A stretch of DNA of 64,000 nucleotides. Source: Rhynchobatus australiae. Its lineage: Eukaryota. The translations under genes were made by a program, and so were the position numbers. This document shows, in pieces, positions 27,101-40,819 of this stretch. Each line of letters opens with the position of its first letter. The first letter of the stretch is position 1. The stretch covers positions 38,221,230 through 38,285,229 of the forward strand of contig JAUZTB010000011.1 of the NCBI GenBank assembly GCA_034780895.1. The letters run 5' to 3'. The notes below the pieces were generated by a model, which saw only the letters and a program-made list of their open reading frames with translations, searched no databases and was not told the origin of the DNA.

Positions 27101-28411
27101 ATGCTCTAATGTGGGAAACGTATCTTGTGTGCACAAAGAAAGCGCAAACAAATAGCAACGTATTAACAGCCAGAAGGTAGGACATAAAGATATCCCCACT
27201 CTGAAATAGTGCCTGAAGTCTTTTACACACAATCAAGAACAGGAGATCAGAGATATTCTCTTTGTCTAGCATATCCCTCCCCCATCCTCTCTAACCTGTT
27301 AACTAACTTGTTTTCTCTTTTACCCAGTTCTGACAAAGGGTCTCAGAATCAAATTTACTGTCACTGATATATGACATGAAATTTGAATTCCTAAGTGTTT
27401 CCAGTATATTGTTTTTATTCAAGATTCCTAGCATCTGCAATTTTTTTTTCAAGAGCAGAAGTACCTTGGTTTAACATATTCTCTGAAATATGGCACATCA
27501 AAGAATGTGCAAGCACTCAGTATTCCACTGATGTGTTAACCTGGAGTTTTNNNNNNNNNNNNNNNNNNNNNNNNNNNNNNNNNNNNNNNNNNNNNNNNNN
27601 NNNNNNNNNNNNNNNNNNNNNNNNNNNNNNNNNNNNNNNNNNNNNNNNNNNNNNNNNNNNNNNNNNNNNNNNNNNNNNNNNNNNNNNNNNNNNNNNNNNN
27701 NNNNNNNNNNNNACAGTGGTCCCGATCTGTTTATACTTTGTACATCTCCTAGTTTGCAGGTTCTGAGCTTCTTTTTGTGTGCTGCTTTCCCTTTAGATTT
27801 TTGTCCCTTAACCAGGAGGTTTTTTTTGGGCCAAAAGAACTTCATTCTAGAAATGAACTCATCCTCTATCACAATAAACACCATCTATTGAAGTTATTCA
27901 TTTACCTGGTTTTCTATGGACAGCCTCCTTTCTGTCCCGCCAGAGGCAGCCTTCTCCAGATATTGAAACTTAGGAGTTATTTCACACTTCCAAAGACAAG
28001 GTTTAACTCGATCATATTATGATCCCTTTGCACAAGTGATCACAATTCTTCAGGCAATATACAAAATTAGGCTCATTACTCATTGCTAAATCTAAGTTGG
28101 TTTATTCTTTTATTGGTTTTGGGACATATCGTTACAACTACCCTGACCATAAGAAATTCACTAGCTTTCTGATACAAACTAATCTGTTTAGCCCAATCTA
28201 TACAAGACCCAAAACCTCCACTAAATGACTCTGTCTTTCCCACCTTTATTATCACATATCATCTGGCTATAAGAGTTATCTCCTGTTGGTAAAGATGATT
28301 TCAGAATTCACAATACACAAGGACAGCCAGAGCTGCAATTTCATAAAAGTGAGTATTGGTGATGGGTTTTATCAATGGTCAAAATGATCCAGCTGCTTTA
28401 TTTGCATTTAC

Positions 28412-28614
28412 CTGTGTTTGTTGCTGTGCAGATAAAGGACTCTTGAAAGCCTTTGCCATGATGCGCTTAATTTCCACCCCAGTGCTGTTTTTAACACACA
28501 TGGTTTTATCCCATTGGATTGTATGATCAGGTTCTGTTGGGTTTAGCCAAGCTAGCTCATCTTCACATACATGAAGTGGAGGAGCAGGCCGAATAAACTC
28601 TGGCCGAAAGTGAC
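28412..28614 (-). CDS. CNOT11: CNOT11 exon 4 ([31 protein letters not shown]...[11 protein letters not shown])
   Basis: gtgaag / gtaaat splice sites, 203 nt. Confidence 0.97.
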
Positions 28615-29517
28615 CTTCACAAGAAATAAAAGAACAATTACTTTTACTATTCAACTTGAACAAAAATTGATTTTAATAAAAAGTGTATTACTCTGAAATT
28701 TCCTGGGAAATGCCTATAATTCTGTGTGGAACTCCTGGCACTTCCCATGTAACTCTAAGGAAATTCATAATTTTCTTGTTACCAAGTCCAAATGCAAAGT
28801 CTTAAAGTCCACGAGGGGTCCTCACTACCACTATTCTGATTGCACTCTGATAATGGACTCCTAGGATGGGGTGCCAATTTCCTGCCATTTTACCAACTGT
28901 TCCCTTATCTTTGAACAATATTTACAAGCCAGGGAAATGAAAACTATCCTTTAATACAAGACATCAATCTGGTCATTTTCCTTAACAACTTCTATGAAAA
29001 CATTGCGACTGCCTAGGTTTCTTTCTTCTCCAACTGTAATTGTAAAGGGGATAAGGACCATCAAATTACATCTTAATGCATATAATCCACAATCTATGAG
29101 CATAGGCAGAGTACTCTTTACATGCAGAAGATCTCCCTCAAGTTAATGTGAGTAAAATCCCCAGATAATCAAGCAATTCAGAATACTAATGCAGGATTGC
29201 AAATCATACTGGGTGCCTCAAAGAAGTGGCCATTAGCATGGAAATAAAGCCAAACTACTCTTTTGCTTTCTTCCCATGTACTACATCTGCCAGACAGACT
29301 AAATGCCCTCAATTTTTATGATGGTGCCCATTTCTGAAATTACTGCTAACTTAGTCCTACACGAAACTGCATGGTCTTCAGTGCCAAGTAACTCACCATA
29401 ACAAAAGCTAGCAAAACAAATTCATTGAAAGTAATGGACCAAGTTGAACTCACATTTTGTGAATGAGAATCAAACATTCTAAATTCTTTCCTTGGATATC
29501 AATTTAAGAGCACCTAC

Positions 29518-29670
29518 TTTCTATTGGTGGTCTTGGTCCACTCACTAAAGCCTCTATGATTTGAGTTGCTACAGAACTGTCAAATCCAGAGTTGGAAGAG
29601 TCGGGATCAGGATCAGGGAGTATGCTTGGAAAACTGGCTTTGCTCTGTGTTGGTAACTCAGACTGGCGCT
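29518..29670 (-). CDS. CNOT11: CNOT11 exon 3 ([51 protein letters not shown])
   Basis: cctgcag / gtaggt splice sites, 153 nt. Read directly from the sequence; not in the ORF track. Confidence 0.96.
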
Positions 29671-30481
29671 CTGCAGGATAAATAAAAGATTAGACTCAAA
29701 AATGTACAAACAATGGATTCAGAGAATATCATATTATGCCTTACAAAAATTATCTGAGGTTGGTCAGCCTTTAAGCACAGAACTTGTTTTTGCAAAGGCT
29801 ACAGTATTGAAAAGCTGTTCCTATTGGGTAATTCTGTGATGGAGTTCAACTTTATGCACATAATTCATATGTAACAATCCTCCATTTCATTTTTCTAGAA
29901 ACATTGTCCTTCCTGGCAAAATCTGCAGTAGTTTGTGTCAAAAATTTGTTCCTACTGCTATTTAAACAGACAGTTTTCATGAGTGAGCTAACTTTATTTA
30001 TAATACAAAGGACTGTCAATTGTAAACCCAGTCATGCGCCCTGGCTCCATAGCCTATTGACAATATTATATCAGCTTTTTTGTTTCAGTTATGAATTCAC
30101 ATTGCCCTTAGCATCTAAATATGGCAACCAGATTATTTTGAAATTTAGCTTCAACTTGCTAAATTTTATTGAGTAGTTAACTGAGCAGAGACAGATTAAA
30201 ACAGTAACACAGGTTCTGAACAATTCCAGTCAGAGGTAGGTTTGTCTCATTTTTGTATTGTTATTGTGTCTCGGAATCTATTCAAAGTGATTCCAGCTAT
30301 TATATTGAAAAAGTATACATCAGCTACATAATTACACCATATGATAACTGGTCTATCTTTTCTCATTTGCAGAAAGTGAGTGCACTAATGAGGCAACAAT
30401 AAAATTCAGTATTTTTGACTTTGCAAGATCTGTAGGTGAATGTACTGCGACTACAGCTTCATTAAAAAGTATACAATTTCA

Positions 30482-30697
<216 letters not shown>

Positions 30698-31379
30698 TTA
30701 TCACACATTAGCAACTGCAAAGCATGAAAAATCCAAATATTACCACATCAAGTTCTGATAATTGATTATACATGGACCTTTCATTTTATTTGCATGCTTA
30801 AGAATTCTAATTGCCCACGAGAATTTTCTTGGAATATAATATTCCCTAAATTAATGCATTTTGACTCACTTTTCTAAAGTGTCTTTGATGAAAATCAACA
30901 TGAGGCAGCTAGCCACTACTTTAATCACAACTGCAACATCCACGCTCTACGTCTGTGATGAAGGTTGACTTACTTTCTGCATTTAGAGGGAGACAGTTAT
31001 CATACAATTTATAGTACAACTACCCCATGCTGAAGGCCTCCAGTTTTTCCGAAGTGCTAGATCTACATTATCACAAGTATAAAAGAGCTCAGACAAGAGG
31101 CTGTACATTACATCTAAGGGCTATTTGCAAGCCAATATCCAGTACACCTCCCTCATCCGGTACCAATTATTTAAATGCAACTTGTCTTTCAAACAGGAAT
31201 TCACTCAACTGGCACCTGAGCAAAAATATATTTTTCAATTTAATCTTAAATATCATCTTTAAAGCTCATTGACCTGCTAAGATTTCTAGAATGCTGTAAA
31301 TATAAAACATTCTCAATTTTTTGACGTTATTTTGAAATGCTTATTGGATCTCAAATAAATTTAGACTGCAGATTGAACA

Positions 31380-31600
31380 TACAGTAAAACTCCAACAATA
31401 TGGCACCCTTGGGACTTTGGTGGTGCCTGAATGGCAGATTTTCCAGACTATTGGATATTAACTCCTATTAATAACCCAACATACTTTAACTTCATTTTTT
31501 TGTTTTGGATGTGGCACTGTAATATAAAATTTCCAATCAATCCAATGAGTTTAAAGGGAGCATGGGAAACAGGGCCAAGCAGCTTAAAATGAGCTTTAAC
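31380..31600 (+). mobile_element. Possible Tc1/mariner (Tigger-like) DNA transposon end
   Basis: TA + CAGTAAAACTCC start typical of Tigger TIRs. No matching right end found. Confidence 0.3.
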
Positions 31601-32767
31601 ATTTTCCAATCTCTCATGATTTAAGAAATACTTTGTTTTTTTTTTAAGAAATCAAAGTAGATAACTTATCTTTCCACAATGTACAGCCTGTCCCCAAAAC
31701 TGTTGTAACCTGACCAGTTCGCAAGTCAGAAATGAGGCCATGAACCCAGTTCCCAGAAGGCAGAAGATGCTTGCAGCCCGGCAGCAGCTAGCAAATTCAT
31801 ACCATTGGTTTCCTAAATGCTCGATTCGTACGTACAAGCTGTACATAAGTCAGGTGTTCATAAGCCGAGAAGGACCTGTATTCTATCTGCCATGCCATTG
31901 CCCATTCATTCAGCTCATCTATATCCCCTTGAAGCCTCTTCGCAACCTCATGACTACAAATGTGCCCAGTTTAATGTCATCAGAAAACTTGGAAATTACC
32001 ATTTGGTCCTCTCAGCCAAATCATTAACATAGATTTTGAATAGTTGGGTCATATCTGGTAACCACCTAATACAACCCCAGACAAGGCTATTCTGCACCCC
32101 TTCATCCTTCTCTCACCCAGACAGAGCACCTCCCTTCACCCTCTTATTGCCCTGACAGGGAAACCTCTCTCCCTCCCTCCTCCCAACCCTCCCCCATATT
32201 GGGCAGCTTCAACTTCTGCAATTCCTCTCCTTCTGACAACTCCCATCTCTCCCACCCTCTTCATTTATCCCTCAATACATCGCAGCGTCCACCTCCACCC
32301 AAGCCCCATTCCTCTCCCCCAAAACAGAGAGCATCCACCTCTCCTTTATCCCTTCCCACTCCCCACAACTGGCCAGCATCCACCTCCCCCTTCAACCTCC
32401 TCCTCTCCCCATACAGGCCAATAGCCACCTACCTCTTCACCACTTCCGTCTCCACTATCACTTTCCAACTCTCCTTCCCCCTCTTCCTCATTCTGCTCCC
32501 CTCTCCCCCAGGCCGGGCANNNNNNNNNNGAACCTGGATGAAAATCCCGGCAATGCCGGAGGATCCCCCAGGCCGGGCAGCATCAGTCCCCGCCCCCTGC
32601 TCCGGCCAGGATCACTGCTCTCGCCCCCACACCAGTCAACGCCCTGGATTTCGATATATCGGGCGGGGGAAGCTACTTTCCCCAAAGCTACTTTCTGCAA
32701 GTGGTCAGCTGGACCTTGCGTTCTCGGTCTGCAGGGTGGAAGCCGTGTCGGTGGCGATGCCGCTTAC

Positions 32768-33086
32768 CGAGCAGCGGCCTATCCTGCTCCTCGGCCGCCG
32801 GGCCCGCGTTCAGCAGGTGCGCGAAGACCGCGGCGAACGGGTTGGCGGCCAGCGGCTCGGTGCGGTACATCTCCCACAGCAGGTAGAGGGCGGTGAGGCG
32901 CTGCTGCGGACTGGGCAGCAGGTCGGGCTGCTGCAGCAACATAACGAGCGTGGAGCCCAGGCGGAAGTGGTCGTGCTTGCCGAAGTAATGGTGGAAGGCG
33001 GTGGACAGGCCCTCGAAGGTGTTGCTCGTCGCCTCCTCGCAGATGATGCCGATCAAGCTGCTCAGCTCCTTGGGAGCCAGCGTCAT
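32768..33086 (-). CDS. CNOT11: CNOT11 (CCR4-NOT subunit 11) exon 1
   Basis: ACC ATG at 33086. [15 protein letters not shown]...[24 protein letters not shown] matches vertebrate CNOT11. G|gtaagc donor, 319 nt. Confidence 0.97.
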
Positions 33087-33273
33087 GGTCACCAGGGGCA
33101 GGGAAGCCCGCCGCCTTCACCGGCCCAAAACATCCACCATCCGAATCAATTCAGCGACGGGCGAGTAGGCCGCAGAAACTGCCGCAAACCGCCCGCTTCA
33201 CCCAGGAGCTCAGCGTCTGCGCGGTACTGTCGCAAAGCGCGGCCGTTGATCCGCGGCGGCGCGCGGTGCCTCT

Positions 33274-33350
33274 GCTCCCGGGCACCTGGGCTCCCGCGCG
33301 CGCTCCCGGGCACCTGGGCTCCCCCGCGCGCTCCCGGGCACCTGGGCTCC
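33274..33350 (+). repeat. 28-bp GC-rich tandem repeat, about 2.75 copies (gctcccgggcacctgggctccc..)
   Basis: Units start at 33274, 33302 and 33330. Confidence 0.9.
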
Positions 33351-33459
33351 ATTCTCCACCCTTCTCTCCGTGGCTGGAGCAGAGCGGCAAAGGCGGTGAC
33401 CCTTGAGGCTGGTTAGGCAGCAGGGAGTAGAAGAAGGTACAGAACAAGCCCTATTTATA

Positions 33460-33600
33460 GAACATAAATAAAAACAGAAAATGCTGGAAAAAACTCAGCA
33501 GGTCAGACAGCAGCTACGGAGAGAGAAGCAGACAATGTTGAGTTTTTCCAGCTTTTTTTTCATATTTGCAGCATCTGGAGTTGTATTTGATTTTCTATTT
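33460..33600. mobile_element. Collapsed inverted pair of the same Penelope-derived terminal repeat
   Basis: aaaacagaaaatgctggaaaaaactcagcaggtcag... followed by tgagtttttccagc...gcagcatctg. Confidence 0.5.
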
Positions 33601-34009
33601 AAACACCACTTGATTAAAACACTATAGAACATTGGGTTGGGGCAGGACAACTAGAGACCAGACTCTGCTGCATTGGTATTAATGGGCACACACGCATGGG
33701 CTATTCAGCTTGTGTGCGCTCACACATCAGCTCCCAGCTTTAATGCATACTCGGTTCCTTTCCAGGTCCCTGGCTACAGACCTACCCATGTTCATGACAA
33801 GTGGTTGTAGCAGTACACCTACCTTTGCTTTTGTTGAAGCATAATGCAAAGGAGGGAAACCATGTGCAGAAAAGGTCTAAAGCTTGAAAAACTTTGGTAG
33901 CCTTTCTCATCCTTAACCTTCCCTACATCTGTTGGTTGGCACCAGGATTTGTGAGTGTTTAAAGTATTCCTTAGTACAGAAGTAATGGTCTTCAGTTAAC
34001 TAAGTAGCA

Positions 34010-34365
34010 TGAGCGAGACTCGGGGTTCAGAAATGTGAGCCAGTGTGCAGCCAGAGCCAGGGGTCAGGAACATAGGCCATCATGGGCTGGAGTGGGGGCT
34101 CTGGAATGTGGGCAAGTGCAAAGCTGGAGTTGGGGGTTGGGTGGTAATTTGGGCTAGTGTGCAGCTGGGTTTGTGTGGTTTAGAACTTCACCCTGAGCTG
34201 AATTTCAGGAAAATAAGCTCGTTTGCAGCTGGGACCCAGGGTTGGAAATGTGGCTTTGTGTGCTACCAGAACCAGGGGTCAGGTATGAGGCCCAGTTGTG
34301 TAGCTGGAGCCAGGGGTTGAGAATGTGGTTGAGTTGGAGCTAGGGGTTGGGAATGTGGGCATGTA
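34010..34365 (+). repeat. Degenerate G-rich minisatellite (..gctggagccaggggttgggaatgtgg..)
   Basis: About 7 diverged recurrences of a gcagc/ggagccaggggt/gaatgtgg motif. Confidence 0.55.
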
Positions 34366-34489
34366 CGAAGGCAATCTCTGAATGAAGGCCACTAGCTTGT
34401 ATAACAATGTATTGAAAGTTGCACCACATGGTACATTCAGTTTTTAAGGGTACACTTAATTACCACACTCTCAAAGAACTCCAGTAAGT

Positions 34490-34930
34490 TAGTCAAGAAT
34501 AAATTAGTCAACCCCATAATAAATCCATGTTGACTTTATGCAGTCATAGAATTATTTTTTNNNNNNNNNNNNNNNNNNNNNNNNNNNNNNNNNNNNNNNN
34601 NNNNNNNNNNNNNNNNNNNNNNNNNNNNNNNNNNNNNNNNNNNNNNNNNNNNNNNNNNNNNNAAATTGATAAGAGCAAGTATGACGATAATTGACAAGTG
34701 TCTTGATGTCAATGTTGTGGTAGAGATTAAGCATTTTCTATTTACTAATATCAGTCTAACAGGTAGGAGATAATCTGTTTTCTATTTTCCTCCTTTCTTA
34801 AATAGTAGGATCACATTTACTATCCTCTAATTTGCAGGAACCAAAAGATGATAACGAGATCATCCATGATCTCCATAGTCACCTCAAAACTCTGGGATAT
34901 AGATCATCAGGTCCTTGGGATTTGTCAATG
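34490..34930 (-). mobile_element. Second decayed CR1 RT fragment
   Basis: Parallels 35580-35910 (aaatccatgttgact..., cagtctaacagg, gatatagatcatcaggtcc). Confidence 0.6.
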
Positions 34931-35099
34931 TACAGACTTATTAATGTTAATGGTAGCGTTATTTGCAAAAACTAATTTCTTTTATTTACTTATGCCCGTT
35001 GGACCCTTGGTTCTTCAGCATTTCTGTATTCATTTAATTCCTTTCTTGAACAAGGGTGTTAAGTTTACAGTTAAGTTTAAATTGAACATCAACAAAAAC

Positions 35100-35920
35100 C
35101 AATCCTTCACCATTTAAGATTCTGCTTCTCAATCCTGTACACCAAAGGAAATAGCTTTACATATTTTACATTATATTGTATTTCTTATATTCTTGCCCAC
35201 TTGTTTAATTTATCTACATCCCTTTTAAGCATTTTTGCATTCTCTTCCCCAGTCTCAGTCCCAGGATATTTTGTATCATTAACCAATTTGGAAATGTTAC
35301 ATTTAGTCCTCTTAGCCAAATCAGTGATATAGATCACAAATAGCTGGGGTCCAAGCAATGATCCCTGCAGTACCCACTAATCATGGCCTTCCACCTTAGA
35401 AAGATCCATTTATTCCCTTCCTTTGCTTTCTATCTGATAACTAATTCTTAATCCATGTCAGTATATTACCCACAACTCTAATCTTCTTGTCCAGCCTCCT
35501 ACATGGGACCTTATCTAAAGCTTTCGAAAATCCAAAAACACCGTATCCACTTGTTACCTCTTATCTATCCACTAGTCACATCAAGTAGATTAGTCAGACG
35601 TTCCTTCCATAAATCCATGCTGACTCCGCTCAATCCCATTATTCTTTTTAAGGTGTTCTGTTATTACGTCCCGTACTATAGATTCCAGGACCTTCCCCAC
35701 TACTGACATTAGACTGACAGGTTGATATTTCTCTGTTTTCTCTCTCTCTTCCTTCTTAAATGGTGAGGTCACATTCACTACTTCCAATCCACAGAAACAA
35801 TTCTAGAATCTATAGAATTTTGGAAGATGATAATCAGAACGTTCACTACCTCTATAACCATCTCTTTCAAAACTGTGGGATATAGATCATTGGGCCCTCA
35901 GGATTTATCAGTTTTTATTC
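35100..35920 (-). mobile_element. CR1 LINE reverse-transcriptase fragment (decayed)
   Basis: ORF 35590-35787 NVTSPFKK...YQPVSLMSVVGKVLESIVRD...SQHGF is the CR1 RT N-terminal motif. Confidence 0.85.
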
Positions 35921-36839
35921 AACCATTCAGCAATCTTGGAAACAAAATGGCTCTTATGAATAAAGATCTTTCCCCGAATTTGTGCACTCATCTTCTCAGA
36001 CAGTATTGTCTACACCTGATTCACATGACATTACTTTGCTACAGCACCCTGGGCTGAACCTTTAACTACACACCATCATTTCCAATGGCACAGCACGTTT
36101 CCCAAAATTCATGTGAATTGGCTCTCTTGTATGTACTGTTTATACTGATTACAGACTCTTCCTCAGATCTACGTCATTAAGATTTGTGAATAGTCTTATT
36201 GTTCTGAGAATACAGAATTTCTGTCTAAGTGACCCTTTGACTTAGGCTCAGAATGGATTGTCTTTCACTCATCCCAGATTAAGAATGTCTTCCCCTCTGG
36301 GATCCCTCACCCTCGACTAATTCTCTGACCAGCTTATTACTTTGCTTTCCAGTCTGTTTTTCAACCTCATGGTAGCCATCTCAGGCTGTTTTGTAATCAA
36401 TACTTATATTCTACTGTGTCTCTGCCACCATTATCCAATACCTTCTTCATTTGTTGACCCAATAACATAATAGATATATGCCCAACCTTTAGCTCTGTTT
36501 CATATGACCTTTTTGCAATCTCCTTAGAACACAACATTTGCAAGCTTCAGCCAATCTGCTGGCGTACCTTCTCCAGGAAGGTTTCACTTTTGATTGCCTA
36601 GCATTCCTTTCAGCTCAAGTTTCATATTCGCTATCAGTCAGACTGTCATCAAATCCCATCTACAATGGTGCTTTGGTAACATTACTGGCAACCTGATCAC
36701 TACAATTGCCCTCCTGGAGAGAGCTGCCGATATTCGTTGCATTCTCCTCCTGGATTATACTTTCTCTCACTGTACCAGATGGTTGTCTGGTAGCCATCAA
36801 ATTAACATATTACATAATTATTTAGTTTGAACTGCAGTC

Positions 36840-37140
36840 TATAGACTTGATAGAAGTATATAAAATTATGAGAGGCATAATGTCAAATACAAGAGGACAT
36901 AGCTTGAAGCTGAGAGGGGGAAAGTTTAAAGGAGATTTATGTGGTAAGATCTTTTTCACAGAGGGCGGTAGGTGCCTGGAACACGCTGCGAGGTGAAATG
37001 ATACGATAGTATCAGATACGATAGCAACACGTAAGAAGCATTTGGACAGACACATGAACAAACAGGGAATAGAGAGATATGGACCTTGTGCAGGCAGATG
37101 GGATTAGTTTATATTGGTATCATGGGCCAGTGCAGGCATC
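36840..37140 (+). mobile_element. CR1 LINE 3' end
   Basis: gacttgatagaagtatataaaattatgagaggcata...acaagaggacatagcttgaagctgagagggggaaagtttaaaggaga. Confidence 0.8.
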
Positions 37141-38874
37141 TATATTCCAAGTTCCATTAGTGCCTGTGAGTTGGAAACCTCTTGTCATCTTCCATGCACA
37201 CCTAACCAGTGGTTTGTTGGGCAGGGGCTAAGTGTGCCTTCAAGAATGAGTGGTGTTTAGATCTCTTGGTTGCCCAACACTTGCAGAAACGCATTTTCTC
37301 AATCCAAGTGACTGAATCTCTTCGATGCTCTTGAAAGCTCCTGTTCCATGACTACAATAGGTAACTGGACCTATCTATCTCTACTAATAATCCAACAGTT
37401 TGTCTCCAACAATTCCTGCATATCTACTCAACACCATTTTGCTCTATCTCAAGAAAAAGTGGTTGAGGTATTTTAGATACATGTCCAAGCCTATGACAGA
37501 CTGCAATGTTGCACTATCAATGTGTATGCTTATATTTGTGTTCTCTATCAATAAAGTGACCTTAAACATACTGTCCTTAACATCTTACTCAGCAAATGAG
37601 GACAACTGTCTACTGGCAATTACCTCCTTCAGTTACTTGAACCCCAGTGCAATGTGTCCTACTTTGTAATAATTGTAGTGCAGGGCTACCTTGAACGGGC
37701 ATCCAGAGTACCAGTAGCTTCATAATTCTTATGACAAAAACTTTGCACTCATGTGACCTACTGGTTTCCCACTGAATGTATGTGTAGCATCCATGTGACT
37801 CAGCAGAGAGGAGACCATGCTGTCACTACTGTTAGGTGGACTTGTTCCCTGATTGCACCTTGGAATTGTGATAGAGTGAGAAGAAAAATAATATATGACA
37901 TAAAAATCATAGTGTGCAGATATAGATGAGCTATTTGGTGAATGTGTGGTGCTAATTCAAATGTGGTTTATCACTGCATTCATTAGTCATTGCTGAGGCT
38001 GCAAAGGAATGTGTGCCTCTGGCACGCCCTGGTTTACGGTTTGGCTGTGACAGGACCAGCAGTTGGGAACCTGATTGAGATTTGGGATGGGGAAGGGTCA
38101 GATCAACTGGGATCAGAAGTGGGGTGGGGCTAGTGACTGACCTCCTTTCTGACTGCCAAAAGCTTTACTACCATTTAAAGGCATGGCAGGAATGCAACAG
38201 CACACTCTCCACTTGCCTCAAATATCAGAAGCTCTGCATCACTCACAACAGAGCAATCTGTTTGACTGCATCTGTTCCACCATCCTAGACATTAACTCCC
38301 TCCATACACATGCCAATAATTCAGTTTCCAATGCATACTTTCATCTGGACCAGTCTGTTTGCATTGGTCCTTTATCCCTTCACCCATGTCAGGGTCAGGG
38401 CTCTTCTAATTTATCCTCCAGATAAATCCTTTTTTATCCACCTCCAAGTCACCTTTAATTTCCCGCAATGAGGCAAAATAAATCAAGATACCCTCTGTAG
38501 CACAATCTGTAGGCCTATGCAGAGAGATTAAAAACAACTGGAATAGTACTAACTGGCTGTTTTTGGATTAGGGAATAACATGGACAAAGGGACCCATATT
38601 CATGTCTGTGATTTTTATCTGATTTCCCAGTGAGTCCCATAGTCATATGAGAGCTAATATATGCAGAGTTATCACTCAGCTCACAAATGACTTTGTTACC
38701 ATGTAAGAAAGAAATTCCTTTAAGAAAGGTCTATTTGTCAACATTTCAAACAACCTAAGTTGACTAATTCTGGATTCTAGTAGCGTGCCGGACAAGGGCC
38801 CTATATTGTGGTCACTCTTTGTCCCTCTAGGTGGGAGGGAGGGCTGGATTCATGCATTATTTGGGATTTTAGCT

Positions 38875-39181
38875 TTTCTTTCTTTTCTTTTTCAAACTTT
38901 TCATTGGTTTTCAAATTAATGCAGATTTATATATAACGTCAATGTTTGTACATGTAGTACAAAGAGATCAGGAGAACAATCATGGCATAGATAATCATAA
39001 AGTACAATAAAATATATATATATAAATTTATAGATCCCTCAATCTCTTAGTAAATGAATATAATATAAAAGAAAGGAAAGAAAAAGATTTCTTATATATA
39101 AAAAAGAACAGAAAGAGAAATAAAAATCCCCAAATCAATAAGAAAAATTATAAACAATATCTCAAACCAAACTGAACAGAA
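38875..39181 (-). mobile_element. Possible L1/Tx1-type LINE 3'UTR end
   Basis: T-run followed by caaacttttcattggttttcaaa and a very A-rich + strand running into a gap. Confidence 0.35.
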
Positions 39182-40819
39182 NNNNNNNNNNNNNNNNNNN
39201 NNNNNNNNNNNNNNNNNNNNNNNNNNNNNNNNNNNNNNNNNNNNNNNNNNNNNNNNNNNNNNNNNNNNNNNNNNNNNNNNNCTGGCACACATTGAAGATG
39301 TATTAACTAAATGAAGAATTTTCTTCCATGTCTCTGTAGGTAAAGATGTCTGGAATTCACAGCTTTTCCCTCTTCCAGTTTAACCATCCTATTACTCATT
39401 CCTCATTATGGTTATTGTTGAAGGGAATATAATACATATATTTTATATGCAGCTTCAGTCAAGTTTTGAATCCACTTCCTCAGTTCAAATCTATCATTGT
39501 TATTATGATTGTATTCAGCCAAGGCTGCCTGATAGTGATACCATAATCTGTCTCCAAACATATTCAGGGGCTCTCTGGACTCCTGATATTATGATTAGAT
39601 ACACATGCATGGGCAGTGGCATTGCACACTGGCTCTTTCACCCCCCTCCGTGTATGTGCACTTCCGAACTAACATAGGAAGTCTTATATACATCTGGATG
39701 GCACAAATGGAGTATGCATTTTCTTTACTACAGTTATACAGGGACTTGAGTCCTTTTTAGCTTAATCGGTAGACATTCAAAGCTGTCTGCTGTAGTTGCA
39801 AAGCAGCAAACAGTACTGTGGTGGTTCCCACATTCTCCCCTGGTCTCTTTCTTTGTTAGCTTAAGGAACGGCATCAGAGCATTTCCTTCTCAGTCCATGC
39901 TATCACAACTCACATTCAGATCATCCTTTTCTTCCCTTTTTAATGTATTTTTTCCATGCAATTTATGTAATGTCGTTGTATTCAATTTTTCCCACTGAAT
40001 CTTCTTCATCTCCAATCTCTCAGCCTATAACAGCAAACACTGGATTCTGCTGTTACTTCGATCAATCTTTTACTTATTGAATCTGTTTTTGACACATCTC
40101 ATGATTGCCTCTCTTTCCAGCAGTTTCTTAGACTTCAGCTTGCTGCTTAAGAACACCCCTTATAGCTACACCCAGTTCATTACTTCTGCTTTGGTGTTCT
40201 GCTATTTCCTGCTTCTCTCTCAGCTCAGCCTCACCCATCACCAGCTTTCTGACCTTATCACTGAATCCAAACTGAAAAAAAAGCTATTTCGTTATTACTT
40301 CCTATATTTACCATAGAATAATCATGAATTAACAATAATACGATGTAATATTCTTTTGGTTCTACGACCTTCATGCTAGGATATCATTCCAGATTGTCTA
40401 CCTCAGAAATTAATAACATGCATATTTTTGAATAACTCTTCCATCTTGAAACTAACGGTTGCATTCAGCTTGTAACCAAGAGAGTGCCCATTAACCTATT
40501 CCACTTATAGTAGTTGTAAATATTCAGTTTTTTAATAACCCAACGGATGGTACATCAATTTATTTCACCTAGTAACAAGCAAAGCTCTTACATGTTACCT
40601 GTGGGAGGTGCACTTTTATTTCACTTAGCTGCAAACCATACCTCTCCTGTTGGAACCATATCTACTGATACCATTTGTGTTCTTTTCAGCACATTAACTC
40701 AAACCCACCCAAGGGCACCATTGTGTAAAGAATTCATATTAAAGAGTTAAATAATTCTTTGTGATTCAGGCCAATGTGTGGTCTAGAAATATATTTATTA
40801 CCTGGACTCCAAAGTACAG

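Larger units (their letters stand above)
32500..33420. promoter_or_regulatory. CpG island / CNOT11 promoter and first exon
   Basis: Abrupt GC- and CpG-rich block in an otherwise CpG-depleted window, spanning exon 1. Confidence 0.9.

Noticed and set aside
32199-33416. 405-aa + strand ORF and other overlapping ORFs
   Set aside because: Antisense shadow of GC-rich CNOT11 exon 1 plus low-complexity sequence, and it spans an N gap.
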